From assembly GCA_025060195.1 (NCBI GenBank), contig JANXCQ010000017.1, positions 18,479 to 82,478 on the forward strand: a stretch of DNA of 64,000 nt, given 5' to 3'. Position 1 is the stretch's first letter. Every line of letters starts with the position of its first letter. This DNA comes from Gemmatales bacterium (lineage in GTDB: Bacteria; Planctomycetota; Planctomycetia; Gemmatales; HRBIN36). Shown piece by piece: positions 39,833 to 49,257 of the stretch. A model generated the notes under the pieces. The model saw only the letters and a list, made by a program, of their open reading frames with translations. It searched no databases and was not told the DNA's origin. A program made the translations under genes and the position numbers.

Positions 39833-40861
39833 ATGGAGGCGTTAGCCTTTTTAGCCGACAGTCAACCGCTGCGAACAGTGCGTCCGCTTTACGTGTTGGC
39901 CGGGCCCGAGCGGTTCTTGAAACGCCTGGTTTTAGAGCACCTCGTGAAACGCCTGACCGCTGGGCAACACGAGGAGTGGTCGCGTTCTGAGTATGCAGGC
40001 GATAGCGAGCATTTGGCCGACGTGCTCACCGAAGTTCAGACCCCCGCATTCTGGGGTGGTCGGCGGGTGATTATTGTGGACGATGCTGAACCCTTCGTGT
40101 CGCGTTATCGGGAAACCCTTGAAAAATTGGTACAACGCGAACTGACAGGTGTGTTGGTCTTGTTGATGGAAAAATGGGCGAGCAATACGCGCTTGGCCAA
40201 GGCGTTGCCTCACGATGCTCTGATTAGTTGTGAGGCACCTAAGCCCCGGCAACTGATCGCCTGGTGTCAGGCGCGAGCACAGAAACAGTACGGTAAGAAG
40301 CTTCCTGCCGACGCTGCGGAGTTGCTCGTGGAATTGGGCGGAGGCGACCTCGGTATACTCGAGCAGGAACTCAACAAGTTGGCCGTGTATGTGGGAGATC
40401 GTGATACTATCACGTCTCAGGATGTAGACAAATTAGTGGCGGGCAATCGCGTGCAAACGGTTTGGCAAATTCTTGACGCCTTGGGACAAGGTAATGTCGC
40501 ATCGGCCCTGGTAATTCTGGATCGCCTCCTCGAACAAGGCGAGGAACCCCTGGCCATTTTGGGAGCGTTGAGTTGGCAGTTACGGAAAGTGGCTCAGGTA
40601 GCGCGGCTCCTGGCACAAGGTACACCGGAAACGCAGGCGCTCCTGCGTGTCGGTGTGCCGACTTGGCAACGCGAGCGGGTGTTAGCTTTACTCCGACGAC
40701 TGGGAAGGCGAGCCCTGCGCGTTTATGACGGCTTGCTTCAGACCGACTTGCAAATCAAGAGTACTCACATGTCGCCGCGGTTAGCGTTAGAAACGTTACT
40801 GGTACGTTTATTACCGCGAGACGTGCCCGCTCAAACCGAGACGCCGACGGCTCGGGCGTAA
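39833..40861 (+). CDS. holA: DNA polymerase III delta subunit
   Basis: LYVLAGPERFL, FWGGRRVIIV, LEQELNKLAVY, GEEPLAIL, DLQIKS. Confidence 0.9.
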   Translation: MEALAFLADSQPLRTVRPLYVLAGPERFLKRLVLEHLVKRLTAGQHEEWSRSEYAGDSEHLADVLTEVQTPAFWGGRRVIIVDDAEPFVSRYRETLEKLVQRELTGVLVLLMEKWASNTRLAKALPHDALISCEAPKPRQLIAWCQARAQKQYGKKLPADAAELLVELGGGDLGILEQELNKLAVYVGDRDTITSQDVDKLVAGNRVQTVWQILDALGQGNVASALVILDRLLEQGEEPLAILGALSWQLRKVAQVARLLAQGTPETQALLRVGVPTWQRERVLALLRRLGRRALRVYDGLLQTDLQIKSTHMSPRLALETLLVRLLPRDVPAQTETPTARA

Positions 40862-41418
40862 CAATATTCGAACAACAGTTGCCATTCGGCCAGTTGGATT
40901 TGCTGGCACACCGTTTCCAGCGGCGTGCCCGTATCGCGGACTGCAGCACACAAGTCCACGAAGCGAAAAGGATCCCATGTTGGGCCTGACCGTAGCCAGG
41001 AAGCCTCAGCGGGAAGAGGCTCTAGGCGGGCAGCACACTCCGCTGCATGCTGGGCTAAGGCGGGAAAGATCGGATGCTGACCAACGCGGCGAAACCAGTA
41101 TTTGCTGTTATCCTCGTCAGGTTCGCGTCGGTGCATCAAAGCATGCCAGTAACTTCCCTCGGCGGTCGGGATTGTTTGGCAGATGCGATGGCATTCCTCG
41201 AGAAAGTCATAGAGCAACCATAAGCCTGCCAGGCAGCAATGAGCCGCGGATTCATCGCGGAGAGTCTGTCCCGGACTGCAGAGCGCTTCGGGCCGAAGCT
41301 GAGCTAAGGCAGCACGTTTTTCTTCCACGGGCCGACCGGGGCCCAAGGCCATCAGCCGAGGTTGCACCAATTCGGATAAGGGCGGGAGATATTTATTCGT
41401 CAGGGAGTGAGCCGACAT
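40831..41418 (-). CDS. Conserved hypothetical protein
   Basis: Motif-rich: AGLWL..D....H..CQ, GSYWHALMHRREPD..NSKYWFRRVGQHP, WDPF.F, EWQLLF. Confidence 0.8.
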   Translation of the reverse strand: MSAHSLTNKYLPPLSELVQPRLMALGPGRPVEEKRAALAQLRPEALCSPGQTLRDESAAHCCLAGLWLLYDFLEECHRICQTIPTAEGSYWHALMHRREPDEDNSKYWFRRVGQHPIFPALAQHAAECAARLEPLPAEASWLRSGPTWDPFRFVDLCAAVRDTGTPLETVCQQIQLAEWQLLFEYCYARAVGVSV

Positions 41419-41536
41419 AGCCGCTTTCCGTCAAGATCATTGTGAGGGCATCATTTCTCTTGGGCTAGATATCTCTTTGGCTGGAGGGCCTAGTGGGTGA
41501 TAACAATAGTAAAGAGCCACCTGAGGAGGCGAGGCC

Positions 41537-43336
41537 ATGCTGAGGGGGCGAGTTGAGTGGGTAGTCTTGGGGTATTTGATAACCACTCTGTCCTTGTGGA
41601 GCAAACCGCAGACCGCTCTAGACCCGCTGCTAAGGCGCTACGAGCAGCTGCGGCGTCAAGGTGATCGGGTTGCCGCGGAAGCTATTTTCTGTTATCTCCA
41701 GCTGCATCATGGCCACGACCCCCAGGTGCAAGTGTTACTGGCGCGGGAAGCCATGCGCTTGGGCCAGTGGGACTATGCACTCGCGTTACTAGCGGATACC
41801 TTGCGCCTCGACGATAGGTGTATACCGGCGCGAATGGCCCGGGCGGAGCTGTTGCGGCGCATGAACCGCCTGAGTGAGGCGATGCAGGATCTGGAAGTGG
41901 CTCTGCGCCAGGCGCCCCAGCACGATTTGGCCGAGCGTATGCTGGGATTGTTGCGCCTGATGCAAGGGCAGTGGGATGCAGCAATTCTGCATTTGACGAG
42001 GTATATCAATAGCGCGGATGACCAGGATGGCGACGTTTACTGTTGGCGCGGTTTGGCATGGTTACGGTCGAATCGCCCGGCTGCGGCCGAGGTGGATTTT
42101 GCTCGGGCGTCGGAACTGGCCCCCGATGTGTCAGAAGTCTGGCTCTATCGCGCCCAGGCGGCGGAGAATCAGGGAAAATTGGAGGTTGCGGCCCAGGCCT
42201 ATGCGCGGTATTTAGCCGCCAATCCGCAAGATACTGAGGCACGGCTCGCTTATGTGCGTTTGCTGCAAAAGCTGCGTCGGCCCGGCGATGTTTTACGGGA
42301 GTTACGTACGGTATTGGAATTGCAACCCGGACGGCGGGAGGTCCTCGAGTTGACGTTTCAAACTGCCCGGCAATTGGGGCAATATCATTTAGCGCTTGAA
42401 GCGCTCGAGCAAATTCTCCAGCTCGACCCGGATCACCTTGGGATGTGGTTCCAGAAGGCCTTGTTATTACAAAATATGTCCCGTCCCCAGGAGGCTCTGG
42501 CCGCGCTGGCGGAATACGAAAAGCGCCTGGACAAAAAAACGCGACCAGGTCTTCTGCCCAGACCGACACCGATCTTGCTTGCGGCGCGCGGCGAAATTTA
42601 CCGTCAGCTGGGACAACTGGACAAGGCGCTCGCCGCGTTGGACGAAGCTCTCAAACTTAACCCGCAATATGGCTATGCGTACTCCTTGCGCGCTGATGTT
42701 TATTGGCGCATGGGTAAGGTTGAGGCCGCGTTGGATCAAATTGAAACAGCTTTGCAAATCAATAGCCAGGACGCTTACCAATACCTGAAGCAGGCGGAGA
42801 TTCTAGTTTCTCTGAGAAAATGGGACGAAGCCAGGAAAGCTGTGGAACGTGCGGTACAGGTGGCCCCGGAGATGATGCTTGCCGGAATACGACAAGCCAC
42901 CACTTTGCTTCTCTTAACCCGTTGGCAGGAAGCTCTACCGGTGCTCACCCGCTTAGCCAAGAAGGAAGGACAACATCCTGCCGATGTGTTTTACGCTCAG
43001 GCCATCTTGGCCGGCCTTCAGGGATATTGGGACGAAGCAGAGCGTTCGCTCGAGCAATTTGCGTCAGAAACTCCTTTGAATCACATCAACACGTACAATC
43101 TGGCTTGCACGTGGTCGTTGCTGGCCTACATTCGCCTGCGCAAGTTCGGTGCCCTGAATAGTGATGCACAAGTCCGGGAATATAAGCGACGGGCCCTCGA
43201 CTTCCTCGAAAAAGCTTTTCAACTGGGCTACAGAGACCGTTGGCATACCGTGCATGACCCCGACTTTTTCTGCTTACACAACGAAGCACGGTTTTGGCAC
43301 ATCGTAGGAAAAGATCGGCCTTTCACGGAGCCTTAA
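41537..43336 (+). CDS. Multi-TPR protein with a C-terminal capping domain
   Basis: Many TPR units (e.g. ALAALDEALKLNPQY..AY); C-terminal YNLAC...LEKAFQLGY...DPDF; N-terminal hydrophobic leader; GAGGAGG RBS. Confidence 0.88.
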   Translation: MLRGRVEWVVLGYLITTLSLWSKPQTALDPLLRRYEQLRRQGDRVAAEAIFCYLQLHHGHDPQVQVLLAREAMRLGQWDYALALLADTLRLDDRCIPARMARAELLRRMNRLSEAMQDLEVALRQAPQHDLAERMLGLLRLMQGQWDAAILHLTRYINSADDQDGDVYCWRGLAWLRSNRPAAAEVDFARASELAPDVSEVWLYRAQAAENQGKLEVAAQAYARYLAANPQDTEARLAYVRLLQKLRRPGDVLRELRTVLELQPGRREVLELTFQTARQLGQYHLALEALEQILQLDPDHLGMWFQKALLLQNMSRPQEALAALAEYEKRLDKKTRPGLLPRPTPILLAARGEIYRQLGQLDKALAALDEALKLNPQYGYAYSLRADVYWRMGKVEAALDQIETALQINSQDAYQYLKQAEILVSLRKWDEARKAVERAVQVAPEMMLAGIRQATTLLLLTRWQEALPVLTRLAKKEGQHPADVFYAQAILAGLQGYWDEAERSLEQFASETPLNHINTYNLACTWSLLAYIRLRKFGALNSDAQVREYKRRALDFLEKAFQLGYRDRWHTVHDPDFFCLHNEARFWHIVGKDRPFTEP

Positions 43337-43419
43337 TCGGTCGTTCTTAACATGATAGTGAGGCCAGCACATAGGGTGCCTGCGAAGTAGTGAATTCCCC
43401 TAAATCGGAGGGTCGAACG

Positions 43420-44118
43420 ATGCGGTACATGGTGTTCGGTGTGACTTTGGTTATAGGACTGTGGCTGGTGGAGCAAATCCAGGCTCAGGACAAGCCCCGG
43501 CCAGGCTTTGGTCGCGGACTACTTGGTGCAAATCGCCTGGTGCTACTGACCCAGGAATCGGTGCAGGCCGACCTGAAGCTGACCGAGGAACAGCGGTCCA
43601 AGATCCGGGCCTTACAAGAACAACAACGTCAAGCCTTCCGCGACCTGGCGAACCTAGACCGGGAAGAACGAGCCAAACGCATGCGAGAACTGGCTGAGAA
43701 GACGGAGAAGGAACTCGGCAGTATTCTCACACCTGAACAAGCGAAGCGCCTGGGCCAGATTCAATTGCAATTACAGCTGCGTCGTGGTGATTATCGGGCG
43801 GTCCTGGCGAATTCTGAGGTCGCGTCCCAGCTCAGCCTGACCAATGAGCAAAAAGAAAAAATCAGCCAACTCGATGCTGAGTTCGAAAAAATCATGCGCG
43901 AAGGCTTTCAGGGAGGGAACCGACAGGAGATTTTCCAGCGGCTGCAGGAACTTCGCGGTAAGTATGAAGCTGTTTTGACGGACCAACAAAAAGCGAAATT
44001 GAAGGAACTCAGTGGCGAGCCATTTACGGGTGAGATTCGCTTCGGCCCGGGTCAACCTGGTAAACCTGGCGCGGTGCCCGGCAAACCCGGCGTTCGTCCG
44101 CGTAAGCCCGACGCGTAA
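43420..44118 (+). CDS. Secreted Spy/CpxP-like (LTxxQ repeat) protein
   Basis: Signal peptide; four LTxxQ motifs (LTEEQ, LTPEQ, LTNEQ, LTDQQ). Confidence 0.75.
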   Translation: MRYMVFGVTLVIGLWLVEQIQAQDKPRPGFGRGLLGANRLVLLTQESVQADLKLTEEQRSKIRALQEQQRQAFRDLANLDREERAKRMRELAEKTEKELGSILTPEQAKRLGQIQLQLQLRRGDYRAVLANSEVASQLSLTNEQKEKISQLDAEFEKIMREGFQGGNRQEIFQRLQELRGKYEAVLTDQQKAKLKELSGEPFTGEIRFGPGQPGKPGAVPGKPGVRPRKPDA

Positions 44119-44170
44119 CCGCTTGGCTCTTCCATTCGCGGCGAACCCTACCCTCAAGTCGGTCTTCGAG

Positions 44171-44224
44171 GCGGCGCGCCTTGGCCTGGGACTTTTCACG
44201 GCAAAAGGCGCCGCTTTTTGTTTT
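44171..44224 (+). terminator. Probable intrinsic terminator
   Basis: GCGGCG...CGCCGC stem followed by TTTTTGTTTT. Confidence 0.5.
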
Positions 44225-44318
44225 CACAGACGTGTACGTTCAGGGACGTCAACCAGGATGGAAAGGCCAACCCTCTGCCAATAACGTGAGCCCGGCGTTA
44301 TAACCCGCTGTGGGTTGT

Positions 44319-45755
44319 CTAGTGAGAGCGCTGTAGTTGGCTTTGCCATTGCTCGACGAGCTTGCCGATATCCCGGTAGAAATAGTCGAGGTTGGCGACC
44401 TCCGTGCCGAGGCGAAGAGCGGTTTCGTAATCTTTGTCCTGAGCCGCCAGTACTGCTAACTCGTAGAGCAGTTCCTTGCGAAGTTCTTCTTCGTTCGCAG
44501 GTAAAACTTCGAGAGCTTCCTGAAAATTGCGTTTGGCCAAGGCATAGTTTTTCTTATGAATAAAACATTTGCCCAAGCCAATCAACGCTCTGCAAGCATG
44601 TTTGGGATCCTTGCGGGCCAGTTGGAACTCACGGATAGCCTCATCCAACAATCCGAGGAGCATCAGGCGTGTCGCCAAGGCGACACGCGCCGCGTTATCA
44701 TTGGGGTAGCGATCCAGCCGCGCGCGATACAAGTCCATTTCTCTACGAAGTATCTCTAAGGCCAGTTTCTCCCGTAGCTGTTTTGCTAACTCGTCGTCGG
44801 GATTCTCTTCGACACGGCGATTGGCCACGCGAAGATTCTCGCGTAGCGACTCGATTTCGATTTCCGCTAGGGCTTGGTTCAGCTCAAACTGGGGGCCAGC
44901 CTGCTTTAGGCCCTCATGAAGCACGTGAAGAGCGTCTTCCAGTTTGCCGCGCCGCTTATAGATATCAGCCAGGCTGAGATAATGGGACACATGAGAGGGG
45001 TCGGCCGCAATCCGCTGGCGAAGCAAGTCGATTTGATGCTGCATCGGGTCGGCAAGACCGATGGTGGGTTCTCTGGGAGTGTCGGCCTCGGATTCGCCAT
45101 GCTTGGCGGAGACCATCTGTTCTTGGGCTCGGGCAATGTGGCGTTCGTAACCGCCGCGCGCGATGGTTTCCATAGCGGCCAAGTCTTTCTGCTTGCGGTG
45201 GGCCTCATCATCGGTGGGACAGAGTTGGGCGACAATGGCCCAGAGCTTAACCGCCTTCTGAAAATCTCCTAAGCGCTCACATAGGCGTGCGTACTGCCGA
45301 TGGCTCGCCGCATGGTGCGGGTCAGCGCCACATGCCGTCTCATAAAGCCAAGCGGCCAGATTGTATAATTCCAAAGCCTCCGCGGCTTGGCCCATGGCCA
45401 GGAGTGTGCTTACGTCCCAGGGATTGCTACACAGAATACGCTCACCTAAAGCCAGTACATCGCGGTAATCCTGTTGTTGCTGAGCTAAGCGGAGTTTGGC
45501 ACGTTGCCGCAACGTTTTCAACCATGCCCACCAACGCCAAGGTCGGCGATTATGCCAACGGGCCTTTTGCACGCTTCGCAGTTGTTGGCGATACTCTAGA
45601 TTCGCTGGGTCTAAGCAGCAACATTCCTGCAGCAACGACATGGCATAATCCAATCCCTTGCCGCCTTGCCGGATTAGCTGCCGTGCTCGTTCGTATTGTT
45701 GGCTGGCGACACGACGCTGCTCGGGAGTGACCTGGAGAACTTGGCGCACACTCAT
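44319..45755 (-). CDS. TPR-repeat protein
   Basis: TPR helices; C-terminal YELAVLA...ANLDYFYRDI; ATG overlaps the mptG stop (ATGA). Confidence 0.82.
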   Translation of the reverse strand: MSVRQVLQVTPEQRRVASQQYERARQLIRQGGKGLDYAMSLLQECCCLDPANLEYRQQLRSVQKARWHNRRPWRWWAWLKTLRQRAKLRLAQQQQDYRDVLALGERILCSNPWDVSTLLAMGQAAEALELYNLAAWLYETACGADPHHAASHRQYARLCERLGDFQKAVKLWAIVAQLCPTDDEAHRKQKDLAAMETIARGGYERHIARAQEQMVSAKHGESEADTPREPTIGLADPMQHQIDLLRQRIAADPSHVSHYLSLADIYKRRGKLEDALHVLHEGLKQAGPQFELNQALAEIEIESLRENLRVANRRVEENPDDELAKQLREKLALEILRREMDLYRARLDRYPNDNAARVALATRLMLLGLLDEAIREFQLARKDPKHACRALIGLGKCFIHKKNYALAKRNFQEALEVLPANEEELRKELLYELAVLAAQDKDYETALRLGTEVANLDYFYRDIGKLVEQWQSQLQRSH

Positions 45756-46789
45756 AGTCGGCCTCGCATGGTTGGATTTTGCGGATAACGCGCCCCCCGG
45801 ACATGGCGCGGAACCCACTCCCCAGATTGGTGTTGGCATAAGATAGCCCCGTCCAGGCTCGCTCTAGTAATGATAATGCTACCCAAGGTAGCATTCAAAT
45901 GCACGTCCACCTGAGTGAGCACTTCTTGCAAGCGTTGTTCTGGAGCGATAAGAAATACCGTGGGCCCCCAGGAGGACTGGCCGACCGCCACGGGTGCATA
46001 TTGCCGCAAGAAGGCCACCAAGTCCACTACCTCAGGACTATGATAACTTCCTGCTTGCCACGCCTCGAAACACTTTCCCGCCAAGCGATTATACTCCCAT
46101 AGCCCCTCAGCGAAGTCCTCATAGCGCCCTTCCAATAGGGCAGGAATGATCTGCAACAGGGCGAGCCGGCATAAGCGTTCACTAACACGATTGGCCTCTG
46201 GCCCCAGCTGGGCGAACACTGCTTGTTCTTGGGCACCATGCAAGCCCCGAGCGTCCTTGGGCAAAAATAGGGCTACTTGCCATTCTTGCGGAAATTCAAA
46301 ACGCAGATAAGTCGCGGTCTGCGAGCTATCGCCAGCTCGCCCGAGATCCACGATGAAACCACCACTGGCAAAGACTGCAGCACCCACCTTGGAGCGGGCG
46401 CCCCGTCCTGTCCAGCGGAGCAGGTCAGACAACGACGGGTCGAAGTCAGCGCTGCGGGCCACTAACCACGCCAGTGCGCAGGCCAATTGCGTGCCGCTGC
46501 CCAAGCCGACGTGAGCGGGTATCGCCCGCACGATGTGGATGTCCAACGGTCGCGCTTGGCCCAGAGCTTGGTGCTGCAGGAGTCGGGCCAGATACCGCTC
46601 CGCCCGTTCCGCTTCCTCACCCCGAACTCGCCAAGCACTTGACGGACGAGCTTCCATCAGATAGCCAGGCTCTGCCAATCCCAACCCTAGACCGCCATAA
46701 CGCCTCACCTCGCCCGGGCCGGGGACCAGTAAGCCGAAGTGAAGTCGGCTCGGCGTCTGGATGCGTATGGGAGAAACCGAGGCGTCCAT
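45752..46789 (-). CDS. mptG: Beta-ribofuranosylaminobenzene 5'-phosphate (RFAP) synthase
   Basis: PSRLHFGL, GHMP motif IPAHVGLGSGTQ, GRGARS.VG...F..GGFIVD.G, GQSSWGPT. Confidence 0.92.
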   Translation of the reverse strand: MDASVSPIRIQTPSRLHFGLLVPGPGEVRRYGGLGLGLAEPGYLMEARPSSAWRVRGEEAERAERYLARLLQHQALGQARPLDIHIVRAIPAHVGLGSGTQLACALAWLVARSADFDPSLSDLLRWTGRGARSKVGAAVFASGGFIVDLGRAGDSSQTATYLRFEFPQEWQVALFLPKDARGLHGAQEQAVFAQLGPEANRVSERLCRLALLQIIPALLEGRYEDFAEGLWEYNRLAGKCFEAWQAGSYHSPEVVDLVAFLRQYAPVAVGQSSWGPTVFLIAPEQRLQEVLTQVDVHLNATLGSIIITRASLDGAILCQHQSGEWVPRHVRGARYPQNPTMRGRL

Positions 46790-46942
46790 ATCTCCTAATC
46801 AAGGCCTTGGCGGCTCTGATGGCAAGCCTGACTTTAATAAGTTCCTGCTTGGTGCGTTCCCTCACCGCCTGAGCCATTATTAAAGAGTTTTTCCGCATGG
46901 ATTCGGTTGGGAAGAAAACCCGTCGCGCATCTCGCTTCAACC

Positions 46943-47548
46943 TCAGCATTGTGCGCTCCCATGCGCGTGTATATACCGATGCAACAGGGCGAACGCGGCA
47001 TGCTCCCTTGGGCCGCCGGTTTTTTCTACCAACGGCTGAAGTCGGCGGAGTTCGTCGCATACTTGTTCGAACGGCAAGATATGAAGACGTGTCGCCAAGA
47101 TGGCGGCCTCCAGGACGGCATGACACGCCCGATTAAATCCGAGAAAATCACGAAATCGGCCACAGGCTACCACCTCGGCGCGCAGCAGGGCACGTTCCGC
47201 ACGGTCGTCCACCTCAACAATGCGAAACTCATAATAACGGCAAACGTCCTGGACAACGTAACCGAGCACCTGGTGCGCCGGTCGCACCTCGGGGAACGGC
47301 TCGACGGCATCGATGGCCGCTTGTGCCAGCAACAGCACGTCATCGGTCAAGTGAAACACCCCTTCCGGATGGTGCCGCAGATTACGATAGGTCTGCGCCG
47401 TCTGAAATGGACGCAGCAGCATGCGATGCCAATTCACTCGCGGACGGCCATGAACGTCCAGGTCTTCGGGCAGAATGGTCGCTCCCATGGGGGCCAGGTG
47501 CAACTGGTTGTCCGGCGTCAGAGTGCTCACCAAACCTTCCAGGATCAT
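46943..47548 (-). CDS. DUF447 family protein (methanopterin cluster Orf22-like)
   Basis: MILEGLVST, HLAPMG, RPFQTAQTYRNL, GFNRACHAVLEAAILATR, KTGG..E. Confidence 0.85.
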   Translation of the reverse strand: MILEGLVSTLTPDNQLHLAPMGATILPEDLDVHGRPRVNWHRMLLRPFQTAQTYRNLRHHPEGVFHLTDDVLLLAQAAIDAVEPFPEVRPAHQVLGYVVQDVCRYYEFRIVEVDDRAERALLRAEVVACGRFRDFLGFNRACHAVLEAAILATRLHILPFEQVCDELRRLQPLVEKTGGPREHAAFALLHRYIHAHGSAQC

Positions 47549-47567
47549 TTACCCTCTGTTGACTCCA

Positions 47568-49055
47568 CTACTCCAGGGCACGCAAGATTCCCTCGGCCTT
47601 ATGCAGCGTTTCTTCATATTCGCGAGCAGGTTCGGAATCCGCCACAATGCCGCCACCTACGGGGAACTGAATCCATCCTCGAGCCACCGTACAGGTGCGA
47701 ATCAGGATGTTCCACTCCGCGCTACCATCGAAACCGAGAAATCCTAGGGCACCACAGTAAGGCCCGCGCACGGTTGGTTCCAGTTCGGCAATGATCTCCA
47801 TGGCGCGTACCTTGGGCGCACCTGTAACCGAACCACCGGGGAACGCCGCACGCAACAAGTCGAAGGCATCACACTCGGGCCGCAATTGACCGCGTACCAC
47901 GCTCACCAGATGATGTACCGTGCGATAGCTCTCCAGCCGACATAAGTCCGCCACCTGAATCGTGCCATAGCGACAAACCCGGCCCAAGTCGTTCCGCAAC
48001 AAATCCACAATCATGACGTTTTCCGCACGGTCTTTGCCACTGGTCAACAGCTCTTGCTGCAAGCGCAGGTCTTGCTCGCCAGTGGCTCCACGCGGACGCG
48101 TTCCCTTGATGGGACGAGTCTCCACCCAACCGTCCGGGCTGACCCGCAGGAACAACTCGGGCGAAGCGCTGACCAGGACGTATTCTCCCGCGTCAAAATA
48201 CCCAGCGAACGGCGCGGGATTGCACTGGCGCAAGCGCCCGTACAGCTGCAACGGGCTGAGCCGTGCCGGGTACAGCAGCCGCTGCGCCAAATTGACTTGG
48301 AAACAATCCCCCGCATGGACATAGTCAATAGCGCGACGCACGGCGGCCTCGAAACCCGCCCGCGAAAAATTGCTGGTCAGTCCGGCTAACCGCGGCAGCG
48401 AGAATTGCGGACACCATGACACCGCGGGCTCTGCCAATTGGGTCGCATGACGCTGCGTCAAATCCACCCCAGGCCGATGCTCGAGCCACGCTTGCACCTG
48501 ATTCAACCGTTCCCAGGCCCGACGGTAACGCTGCTCGACCTCCGGTTCGGGCCAGCCGCTACTCACCAGCCAGCATTGCTCCGTCTGGTGATCCCAGGCC
48601 AATACCCAATCATACACGCCGACGACTAATTCGGATAAGCCCAATTCATCTTGGCCCGCACGAGGCACCCGCTCCAAGTGCTGCACCAGTTCATAACTCC
48701 ACACCCCTGCGGCACCGCCTGGAAACGGCGGTAAATCCCGATGTGGCCACTGCCGAAAGGGAGCGAGGAAACGCCGCAACGCTAGCCACGGGTCGCCGTG
48801 TTCCAAGAACGTTTGGCCCTGATAGTGCCAACGCAACTGACGACCCCGCGCACGCAACACGGCAAACGGTTCGGCCGTCAACCAGGAATACCGCCCACAT
48901 TCGCCGCCGACTTGCACACTTTCCAGCAAAATCGGCATCGAAAGATCAGCCAAACGCAATAAGGCGTCCCAAGGCGTGAGCTTACTCGCCCACGGCACCG
49001 CGAGCGGCAAGGCCGTTTGCAGGCGTTCAGTCGTGGCCGATGCTAATGCGGTCAT
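47568..49055 (-). CDS. pabB: Aminodeoxychorismate synthase component I
   Basis: GDCFQVNL, SPELFL, TRPIKGT (PabB-type Lys), KDRAENVMIVDLLRNDLG, FPGGSVTGAPK. Confidence 0.9.
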   Translation of the reverse strand: MTALASATTERLQTALPLAVPWASKLTPWDALLRLADLSMPILLESVQVGGECGRYSWLTAEPFAVLRARGRQLRWHYQGQTFLEHGDPWLALRRFLAPFRQWPHRDLPPFPGGAAGVWSYELVQHLERVPRAGQDELGLSELVVGVYDWVLAWDHQTEQCWLVSSGWPEPEVEQRYRRAWERLNQVQAWLEHRPGVDLTQRHATQLAEPAVSWCPQFSLPRLAGLTSNFSRAGFEAAVRRAIDYVHAGDCFQVNLAQRLLYPARLSPLQLYGRLRQCNPAPFAGYFDAGEYVLVSASPELFLRVSPDGWVETRPIKGTRPRGATGEQDLRLQQELLTSGKDRAENVMIVDLLRNDLGRVCRYGTIQVADLCRLESYRTVHHLVSVVRGQLRPECDAFDLLRAAFPGGSVTGAPKVRAMEIIAELEPTVRGPYCGALGFLGFDGSAEWNILIRTCTVARGWIQFPVGGGIVADSEPAREYEETLHKAEGILRALE

Positions 49056-49257
49056 GACCAGCAAGGTACCTCAGTATAGTGCGGGCTATAGCTAGCCCGG
49101 CACGGTGTGTTGTTACCCATGGGCTGATTCGACACATCTGTGAACAATCATATGACTTAGCCGTTATCGAGTTGCCCAGAACGCGGCCAATTGACGTTCG
49201 GCGCTCGTCTGGCGCTAAGAACCACTTGTCTTGGTAACAACCTGCTAATGAGCGGGA

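Noticed and set aside
46907-47794. 295-aa plus-strand ORF
   Set aside because: It is the antisense shadow of DUF447/pabB with no recognisable motifs; the same applies to the many other short overlapping ORFs in the track.
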